Shown here in pieces: positions 30,551 through 39,959 of a stretch of DNA of 64,000 nt. Where the stretch lies: NCBI GenBank assembly GCA_934148995.1, contig CAKPDM010000001.1, positions 69,073 to 133,072 on the forward strand, in the 5' to 3' direction. The position numbers and the translations under genes were made by a program. The notes beneath the pieces are model-generated. The model worked only from the letters and a program-made list of their open reading frames with translations, did no database searches and was not told the DNA's origin. The first letter of the stretch is position 1. Each line of letters starts with the position of its first letter. Source of the stretch: an uncultured Bacilli bacterium. GTDB lineage: Bacteria; Bacillota_I; Bacilli_A; RF39; UBA660.

Positions 30551-32082
30551 TATTTTTCCTCCTGATATGATTTATCAATATTTATATTCCATAATTTATC
30601 TAGATTATGTTCATTATTTTTAATCATTCTACCACAAACTATACCACTATAAATTGAATGATCCATATTGTTATAAGAGTGTGTGCCATTTCTACCAATA
30701 CAATATAGATTATCTATCTCATTTAAATAGTTTCTTATTTTATCTATTTCTTTATAACTATCAAAATAAGCAGGATAAGCTTTCTTTACTCTGATAACTA
30801 CGGAATCTAATAATTCTCCTTTGAAGAATTTCATCTTACTAAGTTCATCTGTTGCCATTGCGACTATATCTTTATCTTTCATATTCCAAAAATCATCATT
30901 TTCATTACAGAAATACTCAAGTCCCATCCAAATAGTATTTACTGGATCTTTAACCATATATGGTGACCAGTTATTAAAGATTTGAATTCGTCCTAATTTT
31001 ACATTTTTATCTTGAACATATATCCAGTTATCGCTTACACTTCCGTGAATAGTATTACTACCTTCTACTTTAAAAGATGGTACTAAAAGTCCTACTGTTA
31101 AAAAACCTCTATAAGGTAAATCACTTGCTAATTTGACTATTTTTCTTGGTACATCATTCATTCCTGAAATTAAATCTTTTAATGGCATAGAACTAACTAA
31201 AATATCACATTTACAAGTAATATACTTTTCATCTTTTAGATATACTACTGAAGTTAAATGATTGTTATTCTTTTTAATTCTTACTACTTTGGCATTTTTT
31301 ACTATCTTTCCACCTAAATATTCAATTTTTTTAGCCAATGTCTCATATAATTCACCCGGTCCATACTTTGGATAGTAAAACGATTCTATCAAAGATGTTT
31401 CTTTATTTTTATTTTCTAGATGAAAAATTCTTTTAAAATAATCAATAAATACTTTGCTAATCGATATTCCTTTTACTCTTTGACTACCCCAACTAGCATC
31501 TATTTCTTTAGGAGCTCTTCCCCAGACTTTTGTTGTATATCCTTCAAAAAAGATAGAATATAGTTTTTTTCCAAATCTATTGATATAAAAATTTTCTAGA
31601 TTAAATTCATCTAATTTATGAACTGTTGACTTTAAATAACTCATTCCACAAGCACAAGTAGTTGTAAAACCTAAATTGTTAATTGTTTTAAGATTAAAGT
31701 TAACGGGATAATCAAAAAATTTATGATTATAATAAATTCTACTTACCCTGTTTCTAATTAACATAACACTATCTTCTACTTCTGGATTACTTCCTTTTAC
31801 TGGAAAATTTTTATCTGTTTTCAATATCTTGTCATCAAAAGCAGGTTTATTTTGTAATGGTAATAACTCAAACCAAAGTTTCTTTACTTCTTCATTTTTA
31901 GTAAAGAAGCGATGTCCGCCAATATCAATTCTATTATCTTTATAATTTACCGTTTTACTAATACCACCAACTTCTTTATCTTCTTCTAAAATAGTTACTT
32001 CTACATTTTTTACCGTTTTTAATATTTCATAGGCGCAAGATAAACCAGCCGGTCCTGCACCAATGATTACTACTTTTTTCAT
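30550..32082 (-). CDS. FAD/NAD(P)-binding oxidoreductase (Rossmann GxGxxG N-terminus)
   Basis: 510 aa; MKKVVIIGAGPAGLSCAYEI...EEDKEVGG.. dinucleotide-binding fingerprint. Confidence 0.6.
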   Translation of the reverse strand: MKKVVIIGAGPAGLSCAYEILKTVKNVEVTILEEDKEVGGISKTVNYKDNRIDIGGHRFFTKNEEVKKLWFELLPLQNKPAFDDKILKTDKNFPVKGSNPEVEDSVMLIRNRVSRIYYNHKFFDYPVNFNLKTINNLGFTTTCACGMSYLKSTVHKLDEFNLENFYINRFGKKLYSIFFEGYTTKVWGRAPKEIDASWGSQRVKGISISKVFIDYFKRIFHLENKNKETSLIESFYYPKYGPGELYETLAKKIEYLGGKIVKNAKVVRIKKNNNHLTSVVYLKDEKYITCKCDILVSSMPLKDLISGMNDVPRKIVKLASDLPYRGFLTVGLLVPSFKVEGSNTIHGSVSDNWIYVQDKNVKLGRIQIFNNWSPYMVKDPVNTIWMGLEYFCNENDDFWNMKDKDIVAMATDELSKMKFFKGELLDSVVIRVKKAYPAYFDSYKEIDKIRNYLNEIDNLYCIGRNGTHSYNNMDHSIYSGIVCGRMIKNNEHNLDKLWNINIDKSYQEEK

Positions 32083-32149
32083 ATTCTTTCTCCCTGCACT
32101 TAATACTCTCTTCTTAACTCAATTCTATCAGAGGGAAGATAAAATGTCA

Positions 32150-32182
32150 CTAAAAAGAGCTATCCAAATTAATAGCTCGTTA
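32150..32182 (-). terminator. Terminator after SDR gene (GAGCTAT...ATAGCTC + T-run)
   Basis: seen directly. Confidence 0.45.
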
Positions 32183-32196
32183 GTATTTAGTAATAA

Positions 32197-32976
32197 TTAG
32201 AAAGTATAGCCACCATCAACACCGATATTTTGAGAAGTGATGTATCTTGCTTCATCAGTACAAAGGAATGCTGTCATATAAGCAATATCAATTGGTTCTT
32301 GTGGTTTACCGTTTGGTGTAGACCTATTAGAAGAGTTCCAAACGTTTTCTCTATTACTTTCCTCTTGCCCAGCCATTTGATCTAAAATATCTTCCCACAT
32401 ATTGGTTCTAATAATCCCCGGACAAATGCAGTTAACGTTGACATTATCTCTGGCAGCTTCTCTTCCTAAGCTAGCAGTTAAAGCTAATACTGCAGATTTT
32501 GTACAACTATAAACACTGAATCCAGCTGAACAAGCTTTGGCAGCTATTGATGACATATTTACTATTTTTCCATATTTGTTAGGTCGCATAATAGCTAAAG
32601 CTTCACGACAAGAATAGATTGTTCCTTTAATATTTATATCTATTGTTTTATCAATATTTTCTAAACTTTCTTTATCTAATTCTCCCGTTAAACATACGCC
32701 AGCAGAGTTAACAACAATATCTACTGTTCCCCATTCTGATACTATTTTTTCATACATTGCTGCTACTTCTTCATAATTAGTAACGTCTACTTGATATGCA
32801 ATAGCATTTACACCATAATTTCTAATTTCTGTTGCTACTTGTTCTGCTCTTTCAGGTAATAAGTCTGCCACTAAAACATCAGCACCATTCTTAGCAAAGA
32901 GTAAGGCGCATTCTCTTCCAAGACCGCTTCCCCCTCCAGTAACAAGTGCTTTTTTTCCTTTAAAATTAAATTCCAT
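32197..32976 (-). CDS. Short-chain dehydrogenase/reductase (SDR) family oxidoreductase
   Basis: 259 aa; TGGGSGLGRE cofactor motif, NSAG, YxxxK (YSCTKSAV). Confidence 0.8.
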   Translation of the reverse strand: MEFNFKGKKALVTGGGSGLGRECALLFAKNGADVLVADLLPERAEQVATEIRNYGVNAIAYQVDVTNYEEVAAMYEKIVSEWGTVDIVVNSAGVCLTGELDKESLENIDKTIDINIKGTIYSCREALAIMRPNKYGKIVNMSSIAAKACSAGFSVYSCTKSAVLALTASLGREAARDNVNVNCICPGIIRTNMWEDILDQMAGQEESNRENVWNSSNRSTPNGKPQEPIDIAYMTAFLCTDEARYITSQNIGVDGGYTF

Positions 32977-33061
32977 ATCTTAACCTCCCTATTATTAATT
33001 TTAACATAATTTAGAAAAGTTACTAATTTTTTTTAATTTTCAGTGTAAATATTCGTCTAAT

Positions 33062-34102
33062 TTATCTTTGTGATAGTCCATATACTTTAACTCGTTCTTC
33101 TCTTCCTTTATTTATCTCATTACAAATTGACTTTGCTACAACATTTCTATTTTTTAAAAGATTGTATGAGGCTTCGCTAAGTATCATATCTTTATATATA
33201 AAATATATTTGTTTCAAATCAACAGTTTCAATATAACCTTTCTTAAAATTCATTGTCATTTCTAAAGCTGTTGGTAGTGTTTGGTTTACGTCAGATAACG
33301 ATGGAACAATTATTGCTAGTTTATTTTTAGATGTCATTTCGGCTTTATACTTATGTAGGTGTCCATGTAAAGATATTATAGAGTCTGATCGTTTGTTGAA
33401 TAAATTGTCTATATGATGAAATAAATCAATTGTATCATTCTTAATATTAATTGATGTTCTTTGATAGCCACCAATTATAATATCTTGCCGATAATTTTTG
33501 GTTGCTTCTATTATTGATCTAGAATCATCATAATAACCATATATATCATGGTTACCTGCTACAGCAAAAGTTAATATGTCTTTGTCAAATGGATAATCTT
33601 TCAGAAAATGTTTAATTTGCTTTTCTACAGTATCATACTCACTTTTGCATCTTTTGAAAAGACAATCTATCATGTCTCCTACACAAAAAATGATATGAAT
33701 ATTATTTTTGGCACAGTAATTGAATGCATTATCTACTAAATCAGGGCGCTCTAATTTATTACCATAATGTAAATCTGATATTATTAAAGTTTTGATACTA
33801 GTTTCATCGTGTAAAGAAAGCAAATTATTTGTTAGTAGTTCTTTAGAATTAGTAACATTGCTTAATGATGAGTCTATTTTGTATGTTATCTGACCATTAC
33901 TATAATAATTTTTACTAAAAATTAAACCACTATTTTTCAAATGTAATAATTTGTTATATAACTGTTTATTAGAAATATTTAATTCTTTACTAATATCGTT
34001 ACAAGTTCTACCTTCTTTTATCATTGTATCACTCGCTTTAAGAATCATTATAAATTTTGTAAAGAAAAAAGACAAGAATAAACTTATCTTCCATTCCACC
34101 AT
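33062..34102 (-). CDS. Winged-HTH domain fused to calcineurin-like metallophosphoesterase
   Basis: 346 aa; N-term TCNDISKELNISNKQLYNKLLHLKNSGLI (HTH), then DLHYGN / GDMID / GNHD / HGHLH phosphoesterase motifs; true start uncertain; overlaps M23 gene by 19 bp. Confidence 0.55.
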   Translation of the reverse strand: MVEWKISLFLSFFFTKFIMILKASDTMIKEGRTCNDISKELNISNKQLYNKLLHLKNSGLIFSKNYYSNGQITYKIDSSLSNVTNSKELLTNNLLSLHDETSIKTLIISDLHYGNKLERPDLVDNAFNYCAKNNIHIIFCVGDMIDCLFKRCKSEYDTVEKQIKHFLKDYPFDKDILTFAVAGNHDIYGYYDDSRSIIEATKNYRQDIIIGGYQRTSINIKNDTIDLFHHIDNLFNKRSDSIISLHGHLHKYKAEMTSKNKLAIIVPSLSDVNQTLPTALEMTMNFKKGYIETVDLKQIYFIYKDMILSEASYNLLKNRNVVAKSICNEINKGREERVKVYGLSQR

Positions 34103-35331
34103 GCTCTAAGTCCTGCTGGGAAACCTATATATTGTCTTGGATTGATTGTGCTTTTTTCATAAGCGGTATAGCTGGCACAACCACCACCAACATTCCAATC
34201 ACAACTAGTAATTTCTAAGTGTAGATGAGCAGCTGTTGAACAACCAGAATTACCCATTCTACCAATCATAGTATTAGTAGTAACTTGCATACCAACACTT
34301 ATATTTCCATAACTACCTAAATGAGCATAAGTTGAGTAAATATATCTACCATTAACTAAATGTCTAATTTTAACTATCTTAGCATTACCATTACAACCAT
34401 AGCGACACCAATTACCAGTAGTACAAGAATCTGAATAGATTTTGAAAATTACCCCATCAGCGATTGGATAAACCGGAATTGATCTATCATTTGAATTAGA
34501 TAAATCGATACCTAAATGTCCTCCATAACCTCCCCAGTTTTGAGTTACATATCCACTAGTCATTGGTCTAAAGAAACCACTTACAGAAGGAGGAATAGGA
34601 ATGCTTCCACCACTACCATTATTACTTCCACCTTGGGCTCTATCATGACGATATTGACAAGCGTAGATATCTTCATTTGTACCACAACCTAACTTCTTAT
34701 AATAAGCTAGGTTAGCTTTGGCTGCTTTTAATTGTTCTTGAACTGATGGCATAGATTCTCTAATTGACTGCGTATCAGCATTTATTCTTTCTTTTTCACT
34801 TTCTAGTTTTGCTTTAATTGATTTAAATTCTTCCTTTTTTGCAGCTAATTCTTTAGTTTTAGCTCGATTAGTTTTGATTAGTTCATCTAATTCATTCATT
34901 ACTTTTTGATTATATTCTGTTAACTGTTCAACAACACTTAAGCGATAAACCATTTCTGTAATACTTTCTGCTCCAAAAACATATTCTAAATAAGCATTAT
35001 TTCCATTACTTACTTGTAAATATTGAAATAACTGTTTACTTTCTTCAGTCTTCTTTTCTATTTCATCATTTGATTTATCAATTTCTTCTTCTAATGACTT
35101 CATAGAAGTTTCTAAGTCACTTATTTGTTTCTCATAAGAAGCAATGTTTTTCTTTATTTCTGCTACTTCTTGGTCATTTTTAGCAATTTTGGCTTCTTTT
35201 TCTTCCAAACTTTTAGTAAAGTTATTTACTTCATTTTCAAAGTCTTTTATCGTTTTAGCATTAACACTATAAGGTATTAAACTAGTCATCACTAACAGTA
35301 GGAAAAGACCTATCTTTTTCTTACTACTCAT
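34084..35331 (-). CDS. Secreted coiled-coil M23 (LytM) peptidoglycan endopeptidase, FtsEX-associated (PcsB/EnvC-like), Cys-rich catalytic domain
   Basis: 415 aa; signal peptide, ~200 aa coiled coil, M23 motifs GHLGIDL (HxxxD) and AHLHLEI (HxH); 10 Cys in C-terminal half; directly downstream of ftsX. Confidence 0.75.
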   Translation of the reverse strand: MSSKKKIGLFLLLVMTSLIPYSVNAKTIKDFENEVNNFTKSLEEKEAKIAKNDQEVAEIKKNIASYEKQISDLETSMKSLEEEIDKSNDEIEKKTEESKQLFQYLQVSNGNNAYLEYVFGAESITEMVYRLSVVEQLTEYNQKVMNELDELIKTNRAKTKELAAKKEEFKSIKAKLESEKERINADTQSIRESMPSVQEQLKAAKANLAYYKKLGCGTNEDIYACQYRHDRAQGGSNNGSGGSIPIPPSVSGFFRPMTSGYVTQNWGGYGGHLGIDLSNSNDRSIPVYPIADGVIFKIYSDSCTTGNWCRYGCNGNAKIVKIRHLVNGRYIYSTYAHLGSYGNISVGMQVTTNTMIGRMGNSGCSTAAHLHLEITSCDWNVGGGCASYTAYEKSTINPRQYIGFPAGLRAWWNGR

Positions 35332-35332
35332 A

Positions 35333-36232
35333 TTACACCTTTAAATACTTTCGAACGGCAGATGATGAACCTATCATACCTACTAAAATACCAATTATTA
35401 AGATTATTCCTGATACTATGTAAATAAACGGCTCAGGTTCTACTAGTTTAATTATTTCTGTATAGACATAACCATTTAGATGATTATATAAAGCAACATA
35501 ACCAAAGCATACAGCAAGAATTGGAAGGATAGAACCAATACATCCTAAAATCATTCCTTCTACAATAAATGGTGTTTTAATAGCAATATTACTAGCACCT
35601 ACTAATCGCATAATAGATATTTCTCTTTTTCTTGAAAAGATTGTTAATTTGATAGTGTTAACAATTAAAAAGACTGTTACTAGAATTAAAGCTATTACTA
35701 CTCCATAAGCTCCTTTTTCAATAACACTGAACATACTAATCATTTTATCAACCCAAGCTTCACCATAATTAACAACACTTACTTGGTCTAGTTTTTTAAT
35801 TTTTAATGCAGTATCTTTGATTTTCTCAACGTCTTTAACTTTTACTTGAAAAGTATCTTTTAAAGGATTATCATCATCTTTCCAAGTAGACATTACTTCA
35901 TTAAACACTTCATTTTCTTTACGCATTTCTTCTTTAACTGCATTTTTACTTTGATAAGTTAAACTTTCAACATTATTCATTTTTTCTAATTTTTGTTGAA
36001 CATCTTTAACTTGGTCCTCAGTTGTATTATTATTTAGAAATACTACTATCGTTAAGTCTTTTTCCATTTCTTTAGTAAAGTTTTCTACGTTAAATGTCAA
36101 GATAATAGCAACTGCTACAATTAATAGAGTTATTATTATACAAGATATTGATGCTAACGATAGAGAAAAGTTACGAAAAACTGATTTAAAAGCATCTCTG
36201 ATACTTCTACCTAACATTCTGAAAAATCTCAT
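35333..36232 (-). CDS. ftsX: Cell division permease FtsX
   Basis: 299 aa; TM1, large extracellular loop, three C-terminal TM helices; overlaps ftsE. Confidence 0.8.
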   Translation of the reverse strand: MRFFRMLGRSIRDAFKSVFRNFSLSLASISCIIITLLIVAVAIILTFNVENFTKEMEKDLTIVVFLNNNTTEDQVKDVQQKLEKMNNVESLTYQSKNAVKEEMRKENEVFNEVMSTWKDDDNPLKDTFQVKVKDVEKIKDTALKIKKLDQVSVVNYGEAWVDKMISMFSVIEKGAYGVVIALILVTVFLIVNTIKLTIFSRKREISIMRLVGASNIAIKTPFIVEGMILGCIGSILPILAVCFGYVALYNHLNGYVYTEIIKLVEPEPFIYIVSGIILIIGILVGMIGSSSAVRKYLKV

Positions 36233-36939
36233 TCTTCATACTCTCCTTTCTCTACGTGTTTTAATAAATGTCCATCTTTTAGAACTATTACTTCTTTTTT
36301 CATCTTATTAACAATATCTTTATCATGGGTTGCCATAATAATGGTTGTTCCACAAGACTTGTTAATTTGTTCTAAAACTTGCATTATTTCCATACTCATA
36401 TCAGGATCCAAGTTACCTGTCGGCTCATCACATAGTAAAAGTTTAGGTTCGTTTACAATTGCTCTTGCTATTGCAACACGTTGTTGTTCTCCACCTGATA
36501 ATTGGTCTGGATAATTATGTATTTTATGTTTTAAACCAACTAATTCTATTGCTTTTAGAGTTTTCTTTCTAATTTCGTCACGTCTAGCACCTAGAACTTC
36601 CATAGTAAAAGCGACATTTTCATAAACAGTAGATTTTGGTAATAAACGATAATCTTGAAATACTATTCCTAGTTTTCTTCTTAGTTTATATACTTTTTTG
36701 TTTCTAAGCTTTAAAACATTTAGTCCACCAACAATTATTTCTCCCTTTGTTGGTTTCTCCTCACGATATAACATCTTTATAAATGTACTTTTACCGCTTC
36801 CACTACCTCCGATTACAAAGACAAATGAGCCTTTTTTTATGGAAAGAGATAAGTCATAAATTGCTGTTACACCATTTTTATATTGTTTGGTTACATTTTT
36901 AATTCTTATTAGTTCCATCTTATCCCACCTTATATTCAC
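36229..36939 (-). CDS. ftsE: Cell division ATP-binding protein FtsE
   Basis: 236 aa; Walker A GGSGSGKST, LSGGEQQRVAIARA, Walker B LLCDEPTGNLD. Confidence 0.85.
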   Translation of the reverse strand: MNIRWDKMELIRIKNVTKQYKNGVTAIYDLSLSIKKGSFVFVIGGSGSGKSTFIKMLYREEKPTKGEIIVGGLNVLKLRNKKVYKLRRKLGIVFQDYRLLPKSTVYENVAFTMEVLGARRDEIRKKTLKAIELVGLKHKIHNYPDQLSGGEQQRVAIARAIVNEPKLLLCDEPTGNLDPDMSMEIMQVLEQINKSCGTTIIMATHDKDIVNKMKKEVIVLKDGHLLKHVEKGEYEE

Positions 36940-37026
36940 TTAATATTTTAGCATAGTTCGACTTTTTTTGATAGTGATAAATAATTTCAAAAGAAAAAAA
37001 GTGTTAAAAATAGAAACTTTTACACT

Positions 37027-37635
37027 TTAACTAGTAATTATTATTAATGATTTGTCTTTTCTTAAAATTTTGTCCATTACTATTTTACTGGTAAGTAAAA
37101 GAAAGATAGCATATAAGACTTTAGTATAAGTAAAGTACACTCCTCCTAATATTACTATTATCATATTAATAAATAAAGTTGTATTACTTAAAGGTATTTT
37201 AAAATATTTATAAAGTATTTGACTTATTATATTAATTCCTCCATTACTAAATCCTACTTTATACATAAAACCGTTACTTATCCCTAAAGAAATACCAATT
37301 ATTAAACAGGTTAGTAATAAATCATTTGTTTTTATGATAATTATTTTATTAATGAATGAGGTAAGTGAAACAAAGAATGGATAGATAAATGTTGCTAAAA
37401 GACTTGCTATTGTTTGTTCCTTTGATAAAAGAATAGTACTTAAAAAAAGACAAATACTACTTCCAATAAAGATAATTATTGACGGAGAAATTTTTAAAAG
37501 ATGATTAATAATAATTGCTATTCCATTCATTCCTCCAGTTACTAATTTAATTGGGTATAAGAATAAATTAAAAATGATACTAGAAAAAAAGAGACAGATT
37601 ATTAATACTCCATAGCGATATAGAATATTTTTCAT
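37027..37635 (-). CDS. YitT-like membrane protein (DUF161 repeats only, lacks C-terminal DUF2179)
   Basis: 202 aa; tandem with longer YitT paralog, no intergenic gap. Confidence 0.5.
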   Translation of the reverse strand: MKNILYRYGVLIICLFFSSIIFNLFLYPIKLVTGGMNGIAIIINHLLKISPSIIIFIGSSICLFLSTILLSKEQTIASLLATFIYPFFVSLTSFINKIIIIKTNDLLLTCLIIGISLGISNGFMYKVGFSNGGINIISQILYKYFKIPLSNTTLFINMIIVILGGVYFTYTKVLYAIFLLLTSKIVMDKILRKDKSLIIITS

Positions 37636-38499
37636 CTATTCTCCTCCAAATACCTGATAAGCATCGGTTACTACAAAGAAAGCATCTGGATCTATTAGAT
37701 GTATTCCTTCTTTGAATTTATAGTATTCCTTAGTTGGGATAACACTCATTAAAACATCTTGGTCTTTATCTTTATAACCACCTGTTGCTTCAAATTTAGT
37801 AACTCCGTGTTTCATTTCTTTTAAAATATATTCTTTTACCTCTTTGTCTTTCTTCGTTATAATGTAGAAAGCTTTAGCATCACTTATTCCTAGTAATACT
37901 CTATCCATAGCCCAAGTAACTAGGTATAAAACTATTAAAGCATACATTAATTTATTAAATCCAAAAGCAAAAAATCCAAGTAAAACAATTAATCCATCAG
38001 TAAATATCATTGCTTGTCCCATTCCAATTTTTAACTTTTTAGAAATAATCATATTTAAAATATCTGTTCCACCAGTAGAAAATCCTGCTTTAAAGATAAG
38101 TCCTGCTCCAACGCCTTGAAGTAATCCTCCAAAAATAGCTACTAAAAGCATTTCGCTTTCACTAAAACTAACATATTTAGTTAAAAAACTTGTTAGATTA
38201 ACAAAAATCGGAAATAATATAGACCCCAAGATACTTAGTCTTGTTTTTTCTTTACCTAAAAATGCATAAGATAAAATTAATAGAAATATATTAGCAATTA
38301 ATATGACATAAGACTGATTAAATTTAAAGAAATGATTTAAAACTATTGATAAACCACTTACTCCACCAGCTACTATGTTATTAGGGGAATAAAATAGATT
38401 AAATGCTAATGCTACTAGTAAACAACCAAAGATAAACTGAACATATCTTTTTATTTTATCATGTTGATAAATATTACTAACGATAGTCTTAGGATTCAT
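37636..38499 (-). CDS. YitT-family membrane protein (DUF161 + C-terminal DUF2179)
   Basis: 287 aa; 5-6 TM helices then soluble ~80-aa C-terminal domain. Confidence 0.6.
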   Translation of the reverse strand: MNPKTIVSNIYQHDKIKRYVQFIFGCLLVALAFNLFYSPNNIVAGGVSGLSIVLNHFFKFNQSYVILIANIFLLILSYAFLGKEKTRLSILGSILFPIFVNLTSFLTKYVSFSESEMLLVAIFGGLLQGVGAGLIFKAGFSTGGTDILNMIISKKLKIGMGQAMIFTDGLIVLLGFFAFGFNKLMYALIVLYLVTWAMDRVLLGISDAKAFYIITKKDKEVKEYILKEMKHGVTKFEATGGYKDKDQDVLMSVIPTKEYYKFKEGIHLIDPDAFFVVTDAYQVFGGE

Positions 38500-39596
38500 T
38501 TTTTGCTCCTTTCAAATATGCTTCCATAAATGGAGTTAAATCTCCATCTAAAACTTTATTGATATTACTTGTTTCATATGATGTTCTATGATCTTTTACC
38601 ATTGAATATGGGTGCATTACATAACTTCTTATTTGTGAACCAAATTCTATATTCATTTGCTCACCTTTTTCTTTTGCTAATTCTTGTTCTTTTTTCTGTT
38701 GTTCTAATACATAAAGTTTAGACTTTAGAACTTGTAATGCGGTCTCTTTATTCTGAATTTGACTTCTTTCATTTTGACAGGTTACTACTATTCCTGTAGG
38801 AAGATGTGTTACTCTTACAGCACTATCTGTTGTGTTTACTCCTTGACCACCTGCTCCAGTTGAACGATACACATCTATTCTTATATCTTTTTCTTCAATG
38901 TTTATATCTATATTTTTATCTATTTCTGGAGTTACATCGACACTAGCAAAGGAAGTATGACGTCTATTAGAAGAATCAAATGGAGACAATCTAACTAAAC
39001 GATGAACACCTTTTTCTTCTTTTAAATATCCATAAGCATAACTACCATCTACTTTGAATGATACACTTTTAATACCAGCTTCTTCTCCTGCTTGGTAGTT
39101 ATATAAGGTTACTTTATAACCTTTTCTTTCACAATATCTTAAGTACATTCTATATAACATTTCTGCCCAGTCACAAGCTTCTGTTCCACCTGCTCCTGAG
39201 TGAATATCAATGGTACAAGAATTTTCATCATATTCGTTATCAAATAGTAAATATATTTCAAATTGATTAACATTTTCTTCTAATTCTTTATAATCAGTTT
39301 CTAAAGTCTTTTCTAATTCTTCATCTTGCTCACTTGATAACAATTCTATCAAATCTAATGCATTTTTAGTATCTCCTTTATATGAAATTATATTCTCTAA
39401 AATTGCATTTATGTTGCTAAGATGAGAAAAGACACTTTCTCTTAATTCTTTATTATCCCAAAATCCTTCTTCTAGCTGTTTTTTTTCTAGTTCTTCTTTT
39501 TCTTGGACTTTTTTATCACAGTCAAAGTAACCTCCAAAGTTCTTCTAGTTTTTCATTTATTTTTTCATAATTTTTCTTAAGTTCAGTTAATTCCAT
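38489..39596 (-). CDS. prfB: Peptide chain release factor 2, expressed via programmed +1 ribosomal frameshift
   Basis: frame-0 MELTELKKNYEKINEKLEELWRLL then in-frame TGA within CTT TGA C; +1 frame continues DCDKKVQEKEELEKKQLEEGFWDN...LIELLSSEQDEE into the 287-aa track ORF; GGQ (STGAGGQGVNTTDSAVR) and SPF motifs present. Confidence 0.85.
39521..39527 (-). other. RF2 autoregulatory frameshift site CTT TGA C with upstream SD-like GGAGG
   Basis: minus strand TTTGGAGGTTACTTTGACTGTG; canonical spacing between SD-like element and slippery CTT. Confidence 0.8.
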
Positions 39597-39620
39597 AAAA
39601 TAATCTCTCCTTTTACTCAC

Positions 39621-39649
39621 ATTTTAGCAAATTATTATTTTTTAAGCAA
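39621..39649 (-). promoter_or_regulatory. Candidate prfB promoter (-35 TTGCTT, 17 nt, -10 TAAAAT)
   Basis: minus strand TTGCTTaaaaaataataatttgcTAAAAT ~25 nt upstream of ATG. Confidence 0.35.
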
Positions 39650-39749
39650 TTAAATGTATATTTTAATAAATATCACATATTCTATTAGTGGGAAGGGTTC
39701 ACGAAGTAGTGAAGATTCCCATTATATATAGATGATACGTTTAAGTATC

Positions 39750-39790
39750 AAAAAAACAATGTAATCAAAAGATTAGATTGTTTTTTCCTT
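39750..39790. terminator. Bidirectional hairpin AAACAAT-N16-ATTGTTT with flanking A/T runs
   Basis: seen directly; downstream of rhuM remnant on minus strand. Confidence 0.35.
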
Positions 39791-39959
39791 TATTTTAGTT
39801 TTAGTTGCTGCTACTAGTGATAACTCACTATCTAATGAAGAGATAATGAGCCTGCTGATAAAGTATACAAAGATTGCTGTGAACTATATCAGTAATCTTT
39901 TTGTTTTGGTTTTATTTTTGAATACTCTCAAGTACATTTATCTCTTTGCTTTATCATCA

